From the NCBI GenBank assembly GCA_963727445.1, contig CAVSGI010000005.1, positions 1 to 64,000 on the forward strand: DNA of 64,000 nt, written 5' to 3'. The notes under the pieces are model-generated. The model made no database searches, had not been told where the DNA came from, and saw nothing but the letters and a program-made list of their open reading frames with translations. This DNA is from an uncultured delta proteobacterium (GTDB lineage Bacteria > Myxococcota_A > Polyangia > Polyangiales > B10-G4). Shown piece by piece: positions 42,481-53,077 of this stretch; position 1 is the first letter of the stretch; each line of letters begins with the position of its first letter. The position numbers were made by a program, and so were the translations under genes.

Positions 42481-42526
42481 AGAAGCCTCCCGGAGGGCGA
42501 AACCGGGGGCGGCTCCCCCGACGACC

Positions 42527-42680
42527 AAAAGCCGAACCGACTCGGCTTTTAGGCAGGAGCGAGCGATTGGTCAAGCCGGGGGGTGGGGGTCGGTGGCGCA
42601 GGGCACGGGCGCAAACGGGCAGGGGAGGGGATGGTGGGGCAGCCCCGCTTTTGACACCCACCCCCCGTTTGTGGATGAAT
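42527..42680. promoter_or_regulatory. Divergent promoter region with palindrome and G-rich tract
   Basis: Minus strand TTGACC-17-TAAAAG overlapping AAAAGCCGA-N6-TCGGCTTTT; plus strand TTGACA at 42651. Confidence 0.5.
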
Positions 42681-42707
42681 CGGCTCCCAGGGAGGCCCCG
42701 AAGAGAT

Positions 42708-42971
42708 ATGGCCCTGATCGAGACCGAAGAAGCGGCCCGTCGTTTGGCGCGGGCGATCGCCAGCGACCTTTCGCTCTACAACGAAGAGAAGATCACCGAG
42801 GGTGTGACAAACGACAATCTCTTCGATGTGCTCTCGGACGAGATCGAGGAGGGTCGCGCCCTCTTCAAGAGTCGCGTCGCGCCGGACCTCTACGCCAGGA
42901 ACTATTACGACCGCGCCATCATCGACATCCTCGTGCGGTCGAAGGGGCACGTCGAGTCCCCGCTCTGGTGA
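42708..42971 (+). CDS. Small conserved-looking hypothetical protein (87 aa)
   Basis: MALIETEEAARRLARAIASDLSLYN...EIEEGR; normal codon usage; GGAGG upstream. Confidence 0.8.
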   Translation: MALIETEEAARRLARAIASDLSLYNEEKITEGVTNDNLFDVLSDEIEEGRALFKSRVAPDLYARNYYDRAIIDILVRSKGHVESPLW

Positions 42972-43065
42972 GCATCCCACGAGAAGGCGTGGCGACGCCG
43001 GAGCGGAGCAGCGACTCAGGGCGGGCGTAGCCCGACCGCAGTCGCAGCGCAGCGCAGGCGCCGCC

Positions 43066-44017
43066 ATGCCGGGATTGCAGACCGACGTAGCGGTCACGCT
43101 GACCATCACCGAGGCCGAGGCGGGAGAGCGTCTCGACCGGGTGCTCGCGGCACGGGATTCTGGGCTACTCGCGCTCGGCCATCGCGCGCTTCATCGCCGA
43201 GGGAAGGGTGGAGCTCGACGGTGAGGTCGTGCCCGCCAAGACCAGGGTCACGGCGGGTGCGGAGGTCGTGATGCGTCCTTCGCCTCCGCCGCCGAGCGAG
43301 GCGATCCCCGAGGACATCCCCCTCGACGTCCTCTTCGAGGACGCGGACATCCTGGTCGTGAACAAGCCCGCCGGGCTCGTCGTCCACCCGGCGGCCGGTC
43401 ATCCCAAAGGCACGCTGGTCAACGCGATCCTGCACCACCTGCAGGGAGAGCGGCCGCCGGGCAAGGAGCCCGAGCGCCCGGGAATCGTTCACCGCCTCGA
43501 CAAGGACACCAGCGGCGTGATGGTGATCGCGAAGTCGGTGCGCGCGCGGGATGCGCTGGTCGAGCGCTTCGCGAAGCACGACATCGAACGGGCCTATCTG
43601 GCGATCGCCGTCGGCCATCCGCCCGAGAAGGCGACCTGGGAGACGCTCCACGGTCGCCATCCGAAGGACCGCAAGCGCTTCTCCTCCCGTGTGGCGAAAG
43701 GCAAGCGCGCCGTCACCCATCTCCGGGTCCTCGAACGGCTCCATGGCGCCGCGCTCGTGGAGTGCCGCCTCGAGACCGGTCGCACGCATCAGATCCGCGT
43801 GCATCTCGCGGACGCGGGTCATCCCCTCCTCGGCGATCCGCTCTACGGCGGCCGCCCGAAAGATCCGCGGCTACGCGCGGCGGCAGGAGCGCTGGGCCGT
43901 CAGGCGCTCCATGCGCGGCTCTTGGGATTTGTCGACCCCATCACCGGTGAATCTCGACGCTTCGAAGTCGAGGCGCCCGCCGATTTCCGCGCGGCGCTGG
44001 CAGCGCTTCGGGACTGA
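43066..44017 (+). CDS. rluD: RluA/RluD family pseudouridine synthase with S4 domain (frameshift ~43160)
   Basis: GERLDRVL, NKPAGLVVHP, HRLDKDTSG, TGRTHQIRVH, QALHA. Confidence 0.9.
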
Positions 44018-44080
44018 CCCGCCGAAGCACCGATCGGTCAGGCGGTATTCATTGCACATTTGAGAAGCCCTTCTTGTAGG

Positions 44081-45825
44081 ATGAGCGCCGTGAAGGGCTC
44101 GTCCTGGCTCGTTGGGCTTACCGCGCTCGCGGTCGTCGCGTCGTGGGCGGATGGAGCCGAAGCGCAGAATCCCTACACCGCGAGATCCCTCGTGGCATGC
44201 GGCGGGGTCTTCGTCGAACCACTGCTTCGACATGCAGCTCTTCCTGCCGTCGCCCAGCATCGGCACCACCTTCACCATCGACACGCCGAGCGTTCCGCGG
44301 CACCTGACCTTCGTCCTCGGCGCGAACTTCAGCTACGCGAACGGGCTCTTCGAGCGCGTCGACCAGATGCCGGACGGCCCGGCGAGCACGACACGATGAC
44401 CGTGGTCAAGAGCCTGCTCCAGGCCGAGATCATGGCCTCCCTCGGTCTCTTCGAGTTCGTCGAGCTCGGGGTGGTCTGCCGTTCGCCGTGTCCGACCATC
44501 TGAGCAGACAACGAGCAGAAGGACTCCAGACCGATGCGGCTTACGTCGCCGAGCGGCGCCAACCCCCTCGGCGACATCCGTTTCCTCGCCAAGGTTCCCA
44601 TCCTCCGCGGCGATTTCGCGCTCGCCCTTCGCGGAGTCTTCACGGTTCCCACCGCGTCGTACAACCACTTCCTGGGCACGGACTACTGGACGCTCTATCC
44701 GAACCTCGTCGCGTCCTACAAAGTCTGGCGGCTGCACGATCGGCGGCGAGCTCGGCTACCGCTTCCGGCGGCGCAACGCCCTCGACGGCTTCGAGCAGGA
44801 CGACGAGCTGCAGGGCAAGCTCGGCCTCTCCTTCAAGATCGTCCCGCTGCCTCGACGTGATCGCCGAGGCACAGCAGCGCCTGGGGGTCGGAGGCCAGTA
44901 CATCGCGGCCAACCAGAACCCCGCCGACTTCAACGGCGGCTTTCGCATCTGGCCCATCGACAGCCTGGCCATCGACGTGGGCGCGGGGACGGGCCTCGTC
45001 AACGGCTACGGCGCGCCCAACGTGCGCGTCTTTTTGGCCGCGCGCTACGCGACCCAGGACGAGCCCTGCGTCTACGGCCCGGAGGACTTCGACGGCTTCG
45101 AGGATGGCGACTTCTGCGCCGACGCGGACAACGACGCGGACGGGATCGAGGACAGCGACGACGACTGCCCCAACGACCCGGAGGACGTCGATCAATTCCT
45201 CGACACGGATGGCTGTCCCGACGTCGACAACGACGCCGACGGTGTGCTCGATGCCGCCGATCAGTGCCCCAATCAGTCCGAGGACGTCGACGGATTCGAG
45301 GACCAGGACGGCTGCCCCGAAGAGGACAACGACCAGGATGGCGTCCCCGACGGGCTCGACATGTGCCCGATGGATCCCGAGGATCGCGACGACTTCCAGG
45401 ACGACGACGGCTGCCCCGAGCCCGGCCCGGAGCGCGCGACAGTCACCGTCACCGACACGCGCATCCTGATCTCCGAGCGCATCTATTTCGACTTCGACCG
45501 CGACACGATCCGCAGCGTCTCCGCGCCGCTCCTCAACCAGGTCGCCCACGTGGTCCGCGACCTGCCGGCCAATCGCCGCGTCCGCGTCGAGGGCTACACG
45601 GACAACAACGGCGAGGAGCGGTACAACACCGACCTCAGCTATCGCCGTGCCCGTGCGGTCGTCGAATACCTCGTGAGCCGCGGCGTCCCGCGCAATCGAC
45701 TCGACTACGTCGGTTACGGCGAGCGCAACCCGGTCGCCCCCAACGACACGCCCGACGGCCGCGCGCTCAACCGCCGCGTCGAGTTCACGATCCTGCAGCC
45801 CGGCGAGCGCGGGCGAAGGCACTAG
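44081..45825 (+). CDS. OmpA-family outer membrane protein with beta-barrel and thrombospondin type-3 repeats (multiple frameshifts)
   Basis: Signal peptide; DNDxDG..D..D.CP repeats; IYFDFD, VEGYTD, LSYRRA, GRALNRRVEF. Confidence 0.88.
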
Positions 45826-46490
45826 TCGGGGTCTTCGATCTTCCAGACGCCGTCTTCGCGGACGAGCTGCGCCGTGAACCGGTCTCCATAGGGCATCGTC
45901 GCGCGATCGCCGACCTGCTCGATGGGCGCGTCGAGGCTCGCTTTGAGGTTCTCGAGGAGGCGGTCGATCTCCTCCTGGCCTTCACCGCTCCACGCCTCGC
46001 GCATCTGCTCTTCGCTCATCCCCTCGCGATCGGCGTCGGGCACCATGCGCATGACGACGTCGTAGCGCTGCCGCTCCATGGCGCGCACGAAGGAGCGCAG
46101 GGTCGCTCGGGGCGAGGACTGGTCGTAGAAGTCGACGATGTTGGAGGAGATCCGCCAATCGCCTCCTCGGTCCCGCTCGAGCTCGACCCGGTCGCCGTCA
46201 CCGACCCGCATCACCGCGGTCTGCTCCGGCGGACCGTCGGGATCGTCGAGGGCGGCGGTCGCCTCCCGGACCTCCTCGGGGTTTTCCTCGAGATGACGGA
46301 CGAACTCCTCGAGGCTCACCCGGCGCCGATACGCTTTGCTCATCAAGCCGTAGGCGTCGTCGTAGCGTCCCTGGGACAGAGCGTGGCTGAAGGAGGCGAC
46401 GGTCGCTCCCGGCGAGCTCGACCCCAGACCCCCGCCGCAGCCCAGGGCGAAGCTGGTGATCGCCATCACAATCCCCGCAAGCACACGCAT
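45822..46490 (-). CDS. Hypothetical lipoprotein
   Basis: ALGCGG lipobox; duplicated ..SPxATxxSF..A...RYD / ..W(R/K)I module. Confidence 0.75.
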   Translation of the reverse strand: MRVLAGIVMAITSFALGCGGGLGSSSPGATVASFSHALSQGRYDDAYGLMSKAYRRRVSLEEFVRHLEENPEEVREATAALDDPDGPPEQTAVMRVGDGDRVELERDRGGDWRISSNIVDFYDQSSPRATLRSFVRAMERQRYDVVMRMVPDADREGMSEEQMREAWSGEGQEEIDRLLENLKASLDAPIEQVGDRATMPYGDRFTAQLVREDGVWKIEDPD

Positions 46491-46642
46491 CGGCCCCGGT
46501 TTCTACCTCTGGTGGGCCTCGCCGTCCAACGCCGAGGGCCAGGGCGAATCCTCTGCTCCGGCCAATCCGTGATTCTGATAGGATGCCGGCCGGTAACGAC
46601 GGCTCAGCCCGGGGCCTCCCCCGTGCCCCCGACATCCGACCC

Positions 46643-49600
46643 GTGTCGCAAAACCTCGATACACGACTCCTACGCTTCCGCAATCACCCGGAAAGCGAGC
46701 CCGCGGACGCCCTCGGACGAGACCTCCTGTCCACCGGCAGGGCTGCCGAAGCCCTCGAGGTGGTGCGCACAGCGTTGAGCGCGAATCCGGATGACGGTGC
46801 CCTCCTCCTCGTCGAGGGACAGGCGTGGCTTCGCGACGGGGACCTGATACGTGCACAGGCTGCGCTGCTCAAGGCGGCGCGTTGTTCTCCCAAGGAGAAG
46901 CATGCGTTCCGCTGGCTCGGCGAGGTGCTGCTCAAGCGCGGCGATCCCGATCGCGCGGCCAAGGTGCTCGAACGAGCGACCGCCCTCGATCCCCACGACC
47001 ACGAGATCCAACAGCTCAAGGCACGGGCGCAGCGCCTGTCCCGGATCGCCACCGACGCGGGACAGGAGCACGACGAGGCGCCGACCATCGTCGGAGCGGC
47101 GGCGCTCTCGGAGGACAGCTTCGAAGACGCGACGACCACCGTCGACGACGACGACGACGAAGTCCCGACCGCGGTCGTCCAGGTCGACGCCAACGGCAAC
47201 ATCGTCGGTCCCTCCCACGGGCTTCCCGGTTTCGAAGTGGAGCCGGAGCCGGCCACTCACGCGGGACGCGGGCGACGCAAGAAGCAGACGTCGCTCGGCA
47301 TCGGACCCACCAGCGTGCCGATGGAGGACGAGCCCTTCGGCCCCGAATCCTTTCGGTGACGCGCCGACCAACACCGTGCCGCGCCGACCGAATCCCGTAC
47401 CGCCGCCGGCGATGGGGATGGCGTTGCCGTCTCCGACTCCGCTCGCCCGGCCCGCGCCCGCGCCGCAGCCTTCCTTCGAGCCGCCCCCGGTCGCCGCGGC
47501 TGCCCGGCCAGCGCCCGAGCCCGCGCCTTACGAGCCCCCCCGGCCGCGCCCTATCCCGAACCGGTCCGCCCCGCCCCGTCCCCCATGCGGGACTTCGCGC
47601 TGAGCGATCCGATTCCGAAGGAGATCTCCGACGTCGAGGCGGGCGGCAGCTATGGGCAGCCCGAGGACGTCGACGAGATCCTCCGCATGCTCGAGCGCGA
47701 GGGCATCTTCGAGGCGCCCGCCGGCGACGCGGGGGCGTGGGCCACGCGCAAGGAGGCGCGCAAGTCGCGCGGCGGCACGCGCATCGGCATCTGGCTCGGT
47801 GTGATCTGGGTGCTCGCTCTCGGTCTGGCAGTGGGCGGTTACTTCGGCTGGCAGGAGTGGGTGCGGATGCGCCACGCCGAAGCCCAGGAGCTGGTGGCGA
47901 ACGCGTCCGAAGCGGCGCTCGCTGGCGACCACGAAGACCTCGTCGCGGCCGAGCGGTATCTGGTGCAGGCGCAGGACCTCGACCCGCACGACGACGAAGG
48001 GCCGGCGGTGCTCATCTTCGTGCACGCGCAGCGCGCCCTCGAAGACGGGACCTTCGAGCCCGGCTATCTGCGCCCGTCGATCCATCGCGCCGAGGTCCAC
48101 GAGGTCTCCGACGCGAAGCTGAAGGCGGCGACGGCCGTGCTCGCGGCTGGCGAGGGAGACATGGAGGCCGCGCAGGAAGCGGTGGACGCTGCCCTCGAAG
48201 CGGATAGCGACGATCCTGCGGTCCTCTACATCGTGGGCCGCGTCGAGCAGCGCCTCGGGCGTCCCGAAGCGCTCGAGCATCTGCAGACGGCCGTCGAGAG
48301 AGAGCCGGCCATGGTCGCGGCGTCGATGGCGCTTGCCGAGGCGCGCGCCGACGATGGGCTCGACAGCGAAGCTATCGAGCTGATCGACGCGGTGCTCGCG
48401 CGCGACGACACACACATGCGCGCCTCGCTGTGGAAAGCGTTCCTCACCGCCAACGACACCGACCCCGACGAGGGGCTCGCCTCCCTCGACGCACAGACCG
48501 AGGAGCTCGACGACCTCGGGGCGGCCACCGACCGCGTCCTCGCGGGGCTGACGCGCGCGCGCCTCTTGCGCCGCAAGGGCGAGGGAGAGGCAGCGACCGA
48601 AGCGGTGGATCAAGCGGCACAGGCCGGGGCGACGGATCCACGACTTCTGGCCCTCGTCGCGCGCGAAGCGCTTTCGGTCGGGCTGATGAATCGCGCTCAG
48701 ACGGCGGCGACCGAGGCGGTTCGCGGAGCGCCGACGAACACCGAGTTCCGGAAGCTCCTCGCGGAGATCTTCATCAAGCGGCGCGACGGCGTGCGCGCGC
48801 TGCGCACCCTGGGCTCGCTCAGCGCGGAGGACCCCGACGTCCTCAAGATGAGCGCGAAGGGTGCGCTCCTGGTGGGCGGCGGCGATGCCCTGGTGGCGGC
48901 GAGCACCGCGCTGGGCCAGTACATGGAGGCGCATCCCGACGAGGAGAACGTCGAGTTGAAGGCGCTTCAGATTCCGCCTCGCCGTGGCTGAAGGGCAGGC
49001 GGCGGAGGTGCTGCCTCAGGCGCGCGCGCTGGCGCGGGATGCCCCTGGCGATCCCAACGCCGCGATGGCCCTCGGCGAAGCGGCGCTCGAGGCGCGCGAG
49101 CCGCGCCTCGCGGTGGAGGCGCTCGAGCGGCTGGTCGCGGCGTCGCCCGACGACGCCGAGGGACACTACCTCCTCGGCCGTTCGCTGCGCATGAGCAACG
49201 ACGCGGAGGAAGCGGAGTCGAGCTTCCGCCGTGCCCTCGAGCTCTTGCCGAGCCACACCGATGCGCAGCTCGCGCTCGGCCGGCTGCTCCTCGATCTCGG
49301 CCGTTACGAGGACGCCGACACCCTTTATCAGGAGCTGGCCCAGCAGGGCGGCATGGCGGCGGGGTTGTCGACCGCGCTCCGCGGACGGCTCGGGCGCATC
49401 GAGGCGCTCGTCGGTCTCCATCGACTCGACGACGCCGTGGTGCAGCTCGAAAATCTCCGGGAGGAGGATCGCGAACGCGCAGTGGCCCGGCCGCCTGCTG
49501 CGCTCCTCGCGCTCGCGCGGCACCAGGCGGGCGACGCGGTGTCCACCATGCGCCCCCTCGTGGAGCGCGAGAATCCGCGCGCGAGCGACGTCGCGCTCTT

Positions 49601-50057
49601 CGGCGAAGCGCTCCTCGGAGCGGGAGAGACCGAGGCCGCCGGGCAGGCCTTCGACCAGGCGCTCGAGATCGATCCCGGCAGCCCCGAGGCGCTCCTCGGC
49701 AAGGCGGCGCTCGCAGTGCGCGCGGAGAGCGAGCGCGACGCGAATGCCCTCCTCGAGCGCGTCGAGGAGGCGCTCGGGCAGCGCGTGCGTCCGCCGGCGA
49801 TGCGTGCGCGAGCCCTCACGCTTCGCGGGCGGACCTACCTGCTCTCGGGCAACAGCGGCAAGGCCGAGGCGCGCGAGGTTCTGCGGCGCGCGGTGGAGCT
49901 GCCCGGCGCGCCCCCCGAGGCGTACTTCTTCCTGGGCGAAGCGCTCTCGGGCGAAAACACGCCGGAGGCGCGCGAAGCCTACGAGCACTACCTCGAGATG
50001 GACGAGAGCGGTCCGTACGCGCGCCGCGCGCGCCGCGCTTTGCGCGCCAGCGAGTGA
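46643..50057 (+). CDS. Large TPR protein with Pro-rich linker and single TM (frameshifts ~47350, ~47590, ~48975)
   Basis: Three successive ORFs with TPR helices that join across frames; could be more than one gene. Confidence 0.7.
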
Positions 50058-50818
50058 TGGCGATCCAAGAACGTTTTCGGCTCGACGGCAAGGTGGCGGT
50101 GGTCACCGGCGGCTCACGCGGGATCGGTCGCGCCATCGCCCTCGGGTTGGCGGACGCGGGCGCTCACGTGGTGGTTGCCTCGCGCAACGGCACGACCTGC
50201 GTCGAGGTAGCGGGGGAGATCGCGCACCGGGGTGTGCGCGGGATTGGCATCGCCTGCGATGTCCTCGAGGAGGCCTCGATCGTGCACCTCTTCGACGAGG
50301 TCGCCGCGGAGCTCGGCGGCACCGACATCTTCGTTCACGCGGCGGGCGTGGCCGGCAGCAAGCTCGCGGCGGACACCTCGCGCGCTGAGCTCTCGTCGAT
50401 GCTCGACATCCATCTGCTCGGTGGTGTGACCGGCGCGCAGCGCGCGGCGATGCAGATGGAGGCGCGGGGCGGCGGGGCGATTCTGTTCGTGACGAGCATC
50501 TGGGGACTCGACGGCGCCACCGGCACGCTGGCCTACGGCGTCGCCAAGGCCGGCCTCGCGCACGCGGTGAAGGTGCTGGCGATCGAATGGGCGCGGAAGA
50601 AGATCCGCGTCAACGCCATCGCGCCGGGCCTGGTGGACACGGACATGACGGCCGCGCTTTCGGACAACGCGCGCGACAAGCTGGTCGCATCCATCCCGCT
50701 GCGCCGCCCCGCCGCCCCGGAAGAGATGGCCGGCCCCGCGCTCCTGCTCGTCACCGACGCCGGCAGCTACATCACGGGCGAGATCCTGGTCGTGGACGGC
50801 GGCGAACGCGCGCGCTGA
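50054..50818 (+). CDS. SDR family oxidoreductase (FabG-like)
   Basis: VTGGSRGIG, YGVAK, VNAIAPG, SYITG...VDGG. Confidence 0.93.
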   Translation: MMAIQERFRLDGKVAVVTGGSRGIGRAIALGLADAGAHVVVASRNGTTCVEVAGEIAHRGVRGIGIACDVLEEASIVHLFDEVAAELGGTDIFVHAAGVAGSKLAADTSRAELSSMLDIHLLGGVTGAQRAAMQMEARGGGAILFVTSIWGLDGATGTLAYGVAKAGLAHAVKVLAIEWARKKIRVNAIAPGLVDTDMTAALSDNARDKLVASIPLRRPAAPEEMAGPALLLVTDAGSYITGEILVVDGGERAR

Positions 50819-50836
50819 AGGTACCCCCGCTGAGGG

Positions 50837-51016
50837 GTGACCTACCGAACCGATTCGAACCTACAGCCCTACGCTCTGAGGCGCGGCCGCTACGTGAAGG
50901 TCCAAAAGAGCGAGGTGCTGACCGACCTCGACATCGCCCAGCTCGTCTCCTTCCTCGACCGAGCGACGACCTACGACGCGGTTCGGGATGACCGCGCGGC
51001 GCTTCGCGAGGGGTGA
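50837..51016 (+). pseudogene. C-terminal remnant of a Uma2-family endonuclease-like gene
   Basis: Reads ...YALRRGRYVKVQKSEVLTDLDIAQLVSFLDRATTYDAVRDDRAALREG-stop; resembles the myxobacterial Uma2 C-terminus; nuclease core absent. Confidence 0.5.
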
Positions 51017-51132
51017 ACGTCGACATCGCCAATCCACTTTCCCCGGGGCAAGTGGGTGTCCCGAAGGGACCCGGCGCTGTCACGGGCGGAACAGAGCGCG
51101 TTTCCGGCGTTGGCGAGCACGTGACTCCCCTC
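51008..51132 (-). ncRNA. Candidate multibranched structured RNA (unassigned)
   Basis: Nested pairings GAGGGG/CCCCTC, ACGT/ACGT, TCGCCAA/TTGGCGA enclosing three hairpins; cUUCGg tetraloop on the minus strand. Confidence 0.4.
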
Positions 51133-51188
51133 ACATGCGCGCGGCGTTGCACCTACACCGCTCTTCCTCCTATCTTCCCCGTCCTCCC

Positions 51189-52340
51189 ATGGACCTGTCC
51201 CTCACCGAAGAGCAGAAGCTGGTCCAGCAGATGGCGCGCGACTTCGCCGAAAGCGAGGTGGGCCCCGAGGCCCGCGAGCTGGACAAGAAGCGGCGCTGGC
51301 CCGCCGAGCTCGTCAAGCCAGATGGGCGAGCTCGGGCTGATGGGCGTCGCGGTTCCCGACGAAGCACGGCGGCGCCGGGGCCGACAACGTCAGCTACGCG
51401 CTCGCGATGGAGGAGATCGCCCGCGCCTGCGCGTCGGTCGGCGTGATCATGAGCGTGAACAACTCGCTCGTCTGCGACCCGTCTGCTGAAGTTCGGCAAC
51501 GCCGAGCAGAAGAAGGAGTTCCTGGAGCCCCTCGCGTCGGGCAAGAAGCTCGGCTGCTTCGGGCTCACCGAGCCGACCAGCGGCTCGGACGCGGCGCACA
51601 TGGACACCGTCGCGCGAAGAGGACGGCGACCACTGGGTGATCAACGGCTCGAAGAACTGGATCACCAACGGCCCGCACGCCGACTTCATCGTCGTCTTCG
51701 CCGCCACCGACCGCGACCGCCGGCGCGCGCGGCGTCACGCGCCTTCATCGTCCCGAAGGGCACGGCGGGCTTCAACCCGCAGCCGCCCGACCACAAGCTC
51801 GGCATCCACGCCGCGCACTCCTGCACGATGTTCTTCGAGAACTGCCGCGTCCCGAAGCGCAGAACGTCCTCGGCGAGCCCGGGCAGGGCTTCAAGATCGC
51901 CATGAGCACCCTCGACGGCGGCCGCATCGGCATCGCCTCGCAGGCGCTCGGCATCGCGCGCGCGGCCTCGAAAAGGCCGTCGCCTACGCCAAGGAGCGCA
52001 AGGCCTTCGGCGGGCCCATCGCCGACAAGCAGGCCATCCAGTTCAAGATCGCCGACATGGCGACCGAGCTCGACGCGGCGCGCCTGCTCATGCATGCGCG
52101 CCGCCTTCATGAAGGACCAGAAGGCGTCCGCCACTCGACCGAGTCGGCCGATGGCCAAGCTCTTCGCCTCCGAGATGGCGACGCGCGTCACCCACCAGGC
52201 GCTCCAGATCTACGGCGGCTACGGCTACTCCAGGAGTACGACATGGAGCGGCACTACCGCGACGCGCGCATCACCGAGATTTACGAGGGCACGAGCGAGA
52301 TCAGCGCATCGTGATCGCCGCCAACGCCCTCAAGGCGTGA
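51189..52340 (+). CDS. Acyl-CoA dehydrogenase (short/branched chain-like; many frameshifts)
   Basis: [60 protein letters not shown]. Confidence 0.9.
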
Positions 52341-52360
52341 CAGCGAAGAGCAGGAAACCG

Positions 52361-53077
52361 ATGAAGACGTTCGTTTCTCGTCTCGCCCTCGCGATGTTGA
52401 TCGCATGTGGCGGTGCCGAGGAGACCCAGGAAGAGCAGTACACCGACAACCAGACCTCCGGCGGCGACAGCTACCAGGAGCCCGATGACGGCGTGGAGAT
52501 CAACGGCCTGATGGGCACCATCTCGGCGCGATCGGCGGTCACCGGCGCTCGAGCCACGGATGGGACCGCTTCGCGCAGTGCTTCGCCGACCGCTACGACG
52601 CCCTCGATATGGTGGGCGGCCGCATCCAGTTCTGCGTTCCGCATCCACGACGGACGGCACGGTCGCGTGGGTCTACCCTCCCGCCTCCACCATCGGCGAC
52701 CGACAGACCGAGGCGTGCTTGTTCGGGCGTCGCACAGGGCACGCACTTCCAACGGCCGCGCGGCGGCGAAGCGGAGTTCAACTGGCCCTTCGCCTTCGAC
52801 CCGCCCGACGACGTGCGCCCGCCGCTTCAACTGGGATGCGGAGCGCGCCGCCGACCTCGTCGCCGAGCGCGGCCCAGAGGTGATCGAGAGTTGCGGCGCG
52901 CGGGCCCTTCATCGTCACCGCCTACATACGGCCGGGCGGCGAGGTGATGGCGGCTGGCGCGAGCACCGCCGAGCAGACGGCGGCGGCGGACCTCGACTGC
53001 GTGACGAGCGCCATCATCCAGTGGCGATGCCGGACCCCGGCTCTTATCCCGCCAAGATCACCTTCGAGCTCCGCTGA
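52361..53077 (+). CDS. Lipoprotein with AgmX/PglI C-terminal (TonB-C-like) domain (frameshifted)
   Basis: LIACGG lipobox; GLMGTI, GGRIQF, STIGDRQTEACL, FQRPRGGEAEFNWPF across frames. Confidence 0.55.
   Translation: MKTFVSRLALAMLIACGGAEETQEEQYTDNQTSGGDSYQEPDDGVEINGLMGTISARSAVTGARATDGTASRSASPTATTPSIWWAAASSSAFRIHDGRHGRVGLPSRLHHRRPTDRGVLVRASHRARTSNGRAAAKRSSTGPSPSTRPTTCARRFNWDAERAADLVAERGPEVIESCGARALHRHRLHTAGRRGDGGWREHRRADGGGGPRLRDERHHPVAMPDPGSYPAKITFELR

Noticed and set aside
51008..51132. Cobalamin, fluoride or SRP/6S identity for the structured element
   Set aside because: Diagnostic cores (B12 box, GGCGAUGG-N-GUUCGCC with its downstream pairing, SRP GGAAG-AGCAG loop) were not found intact
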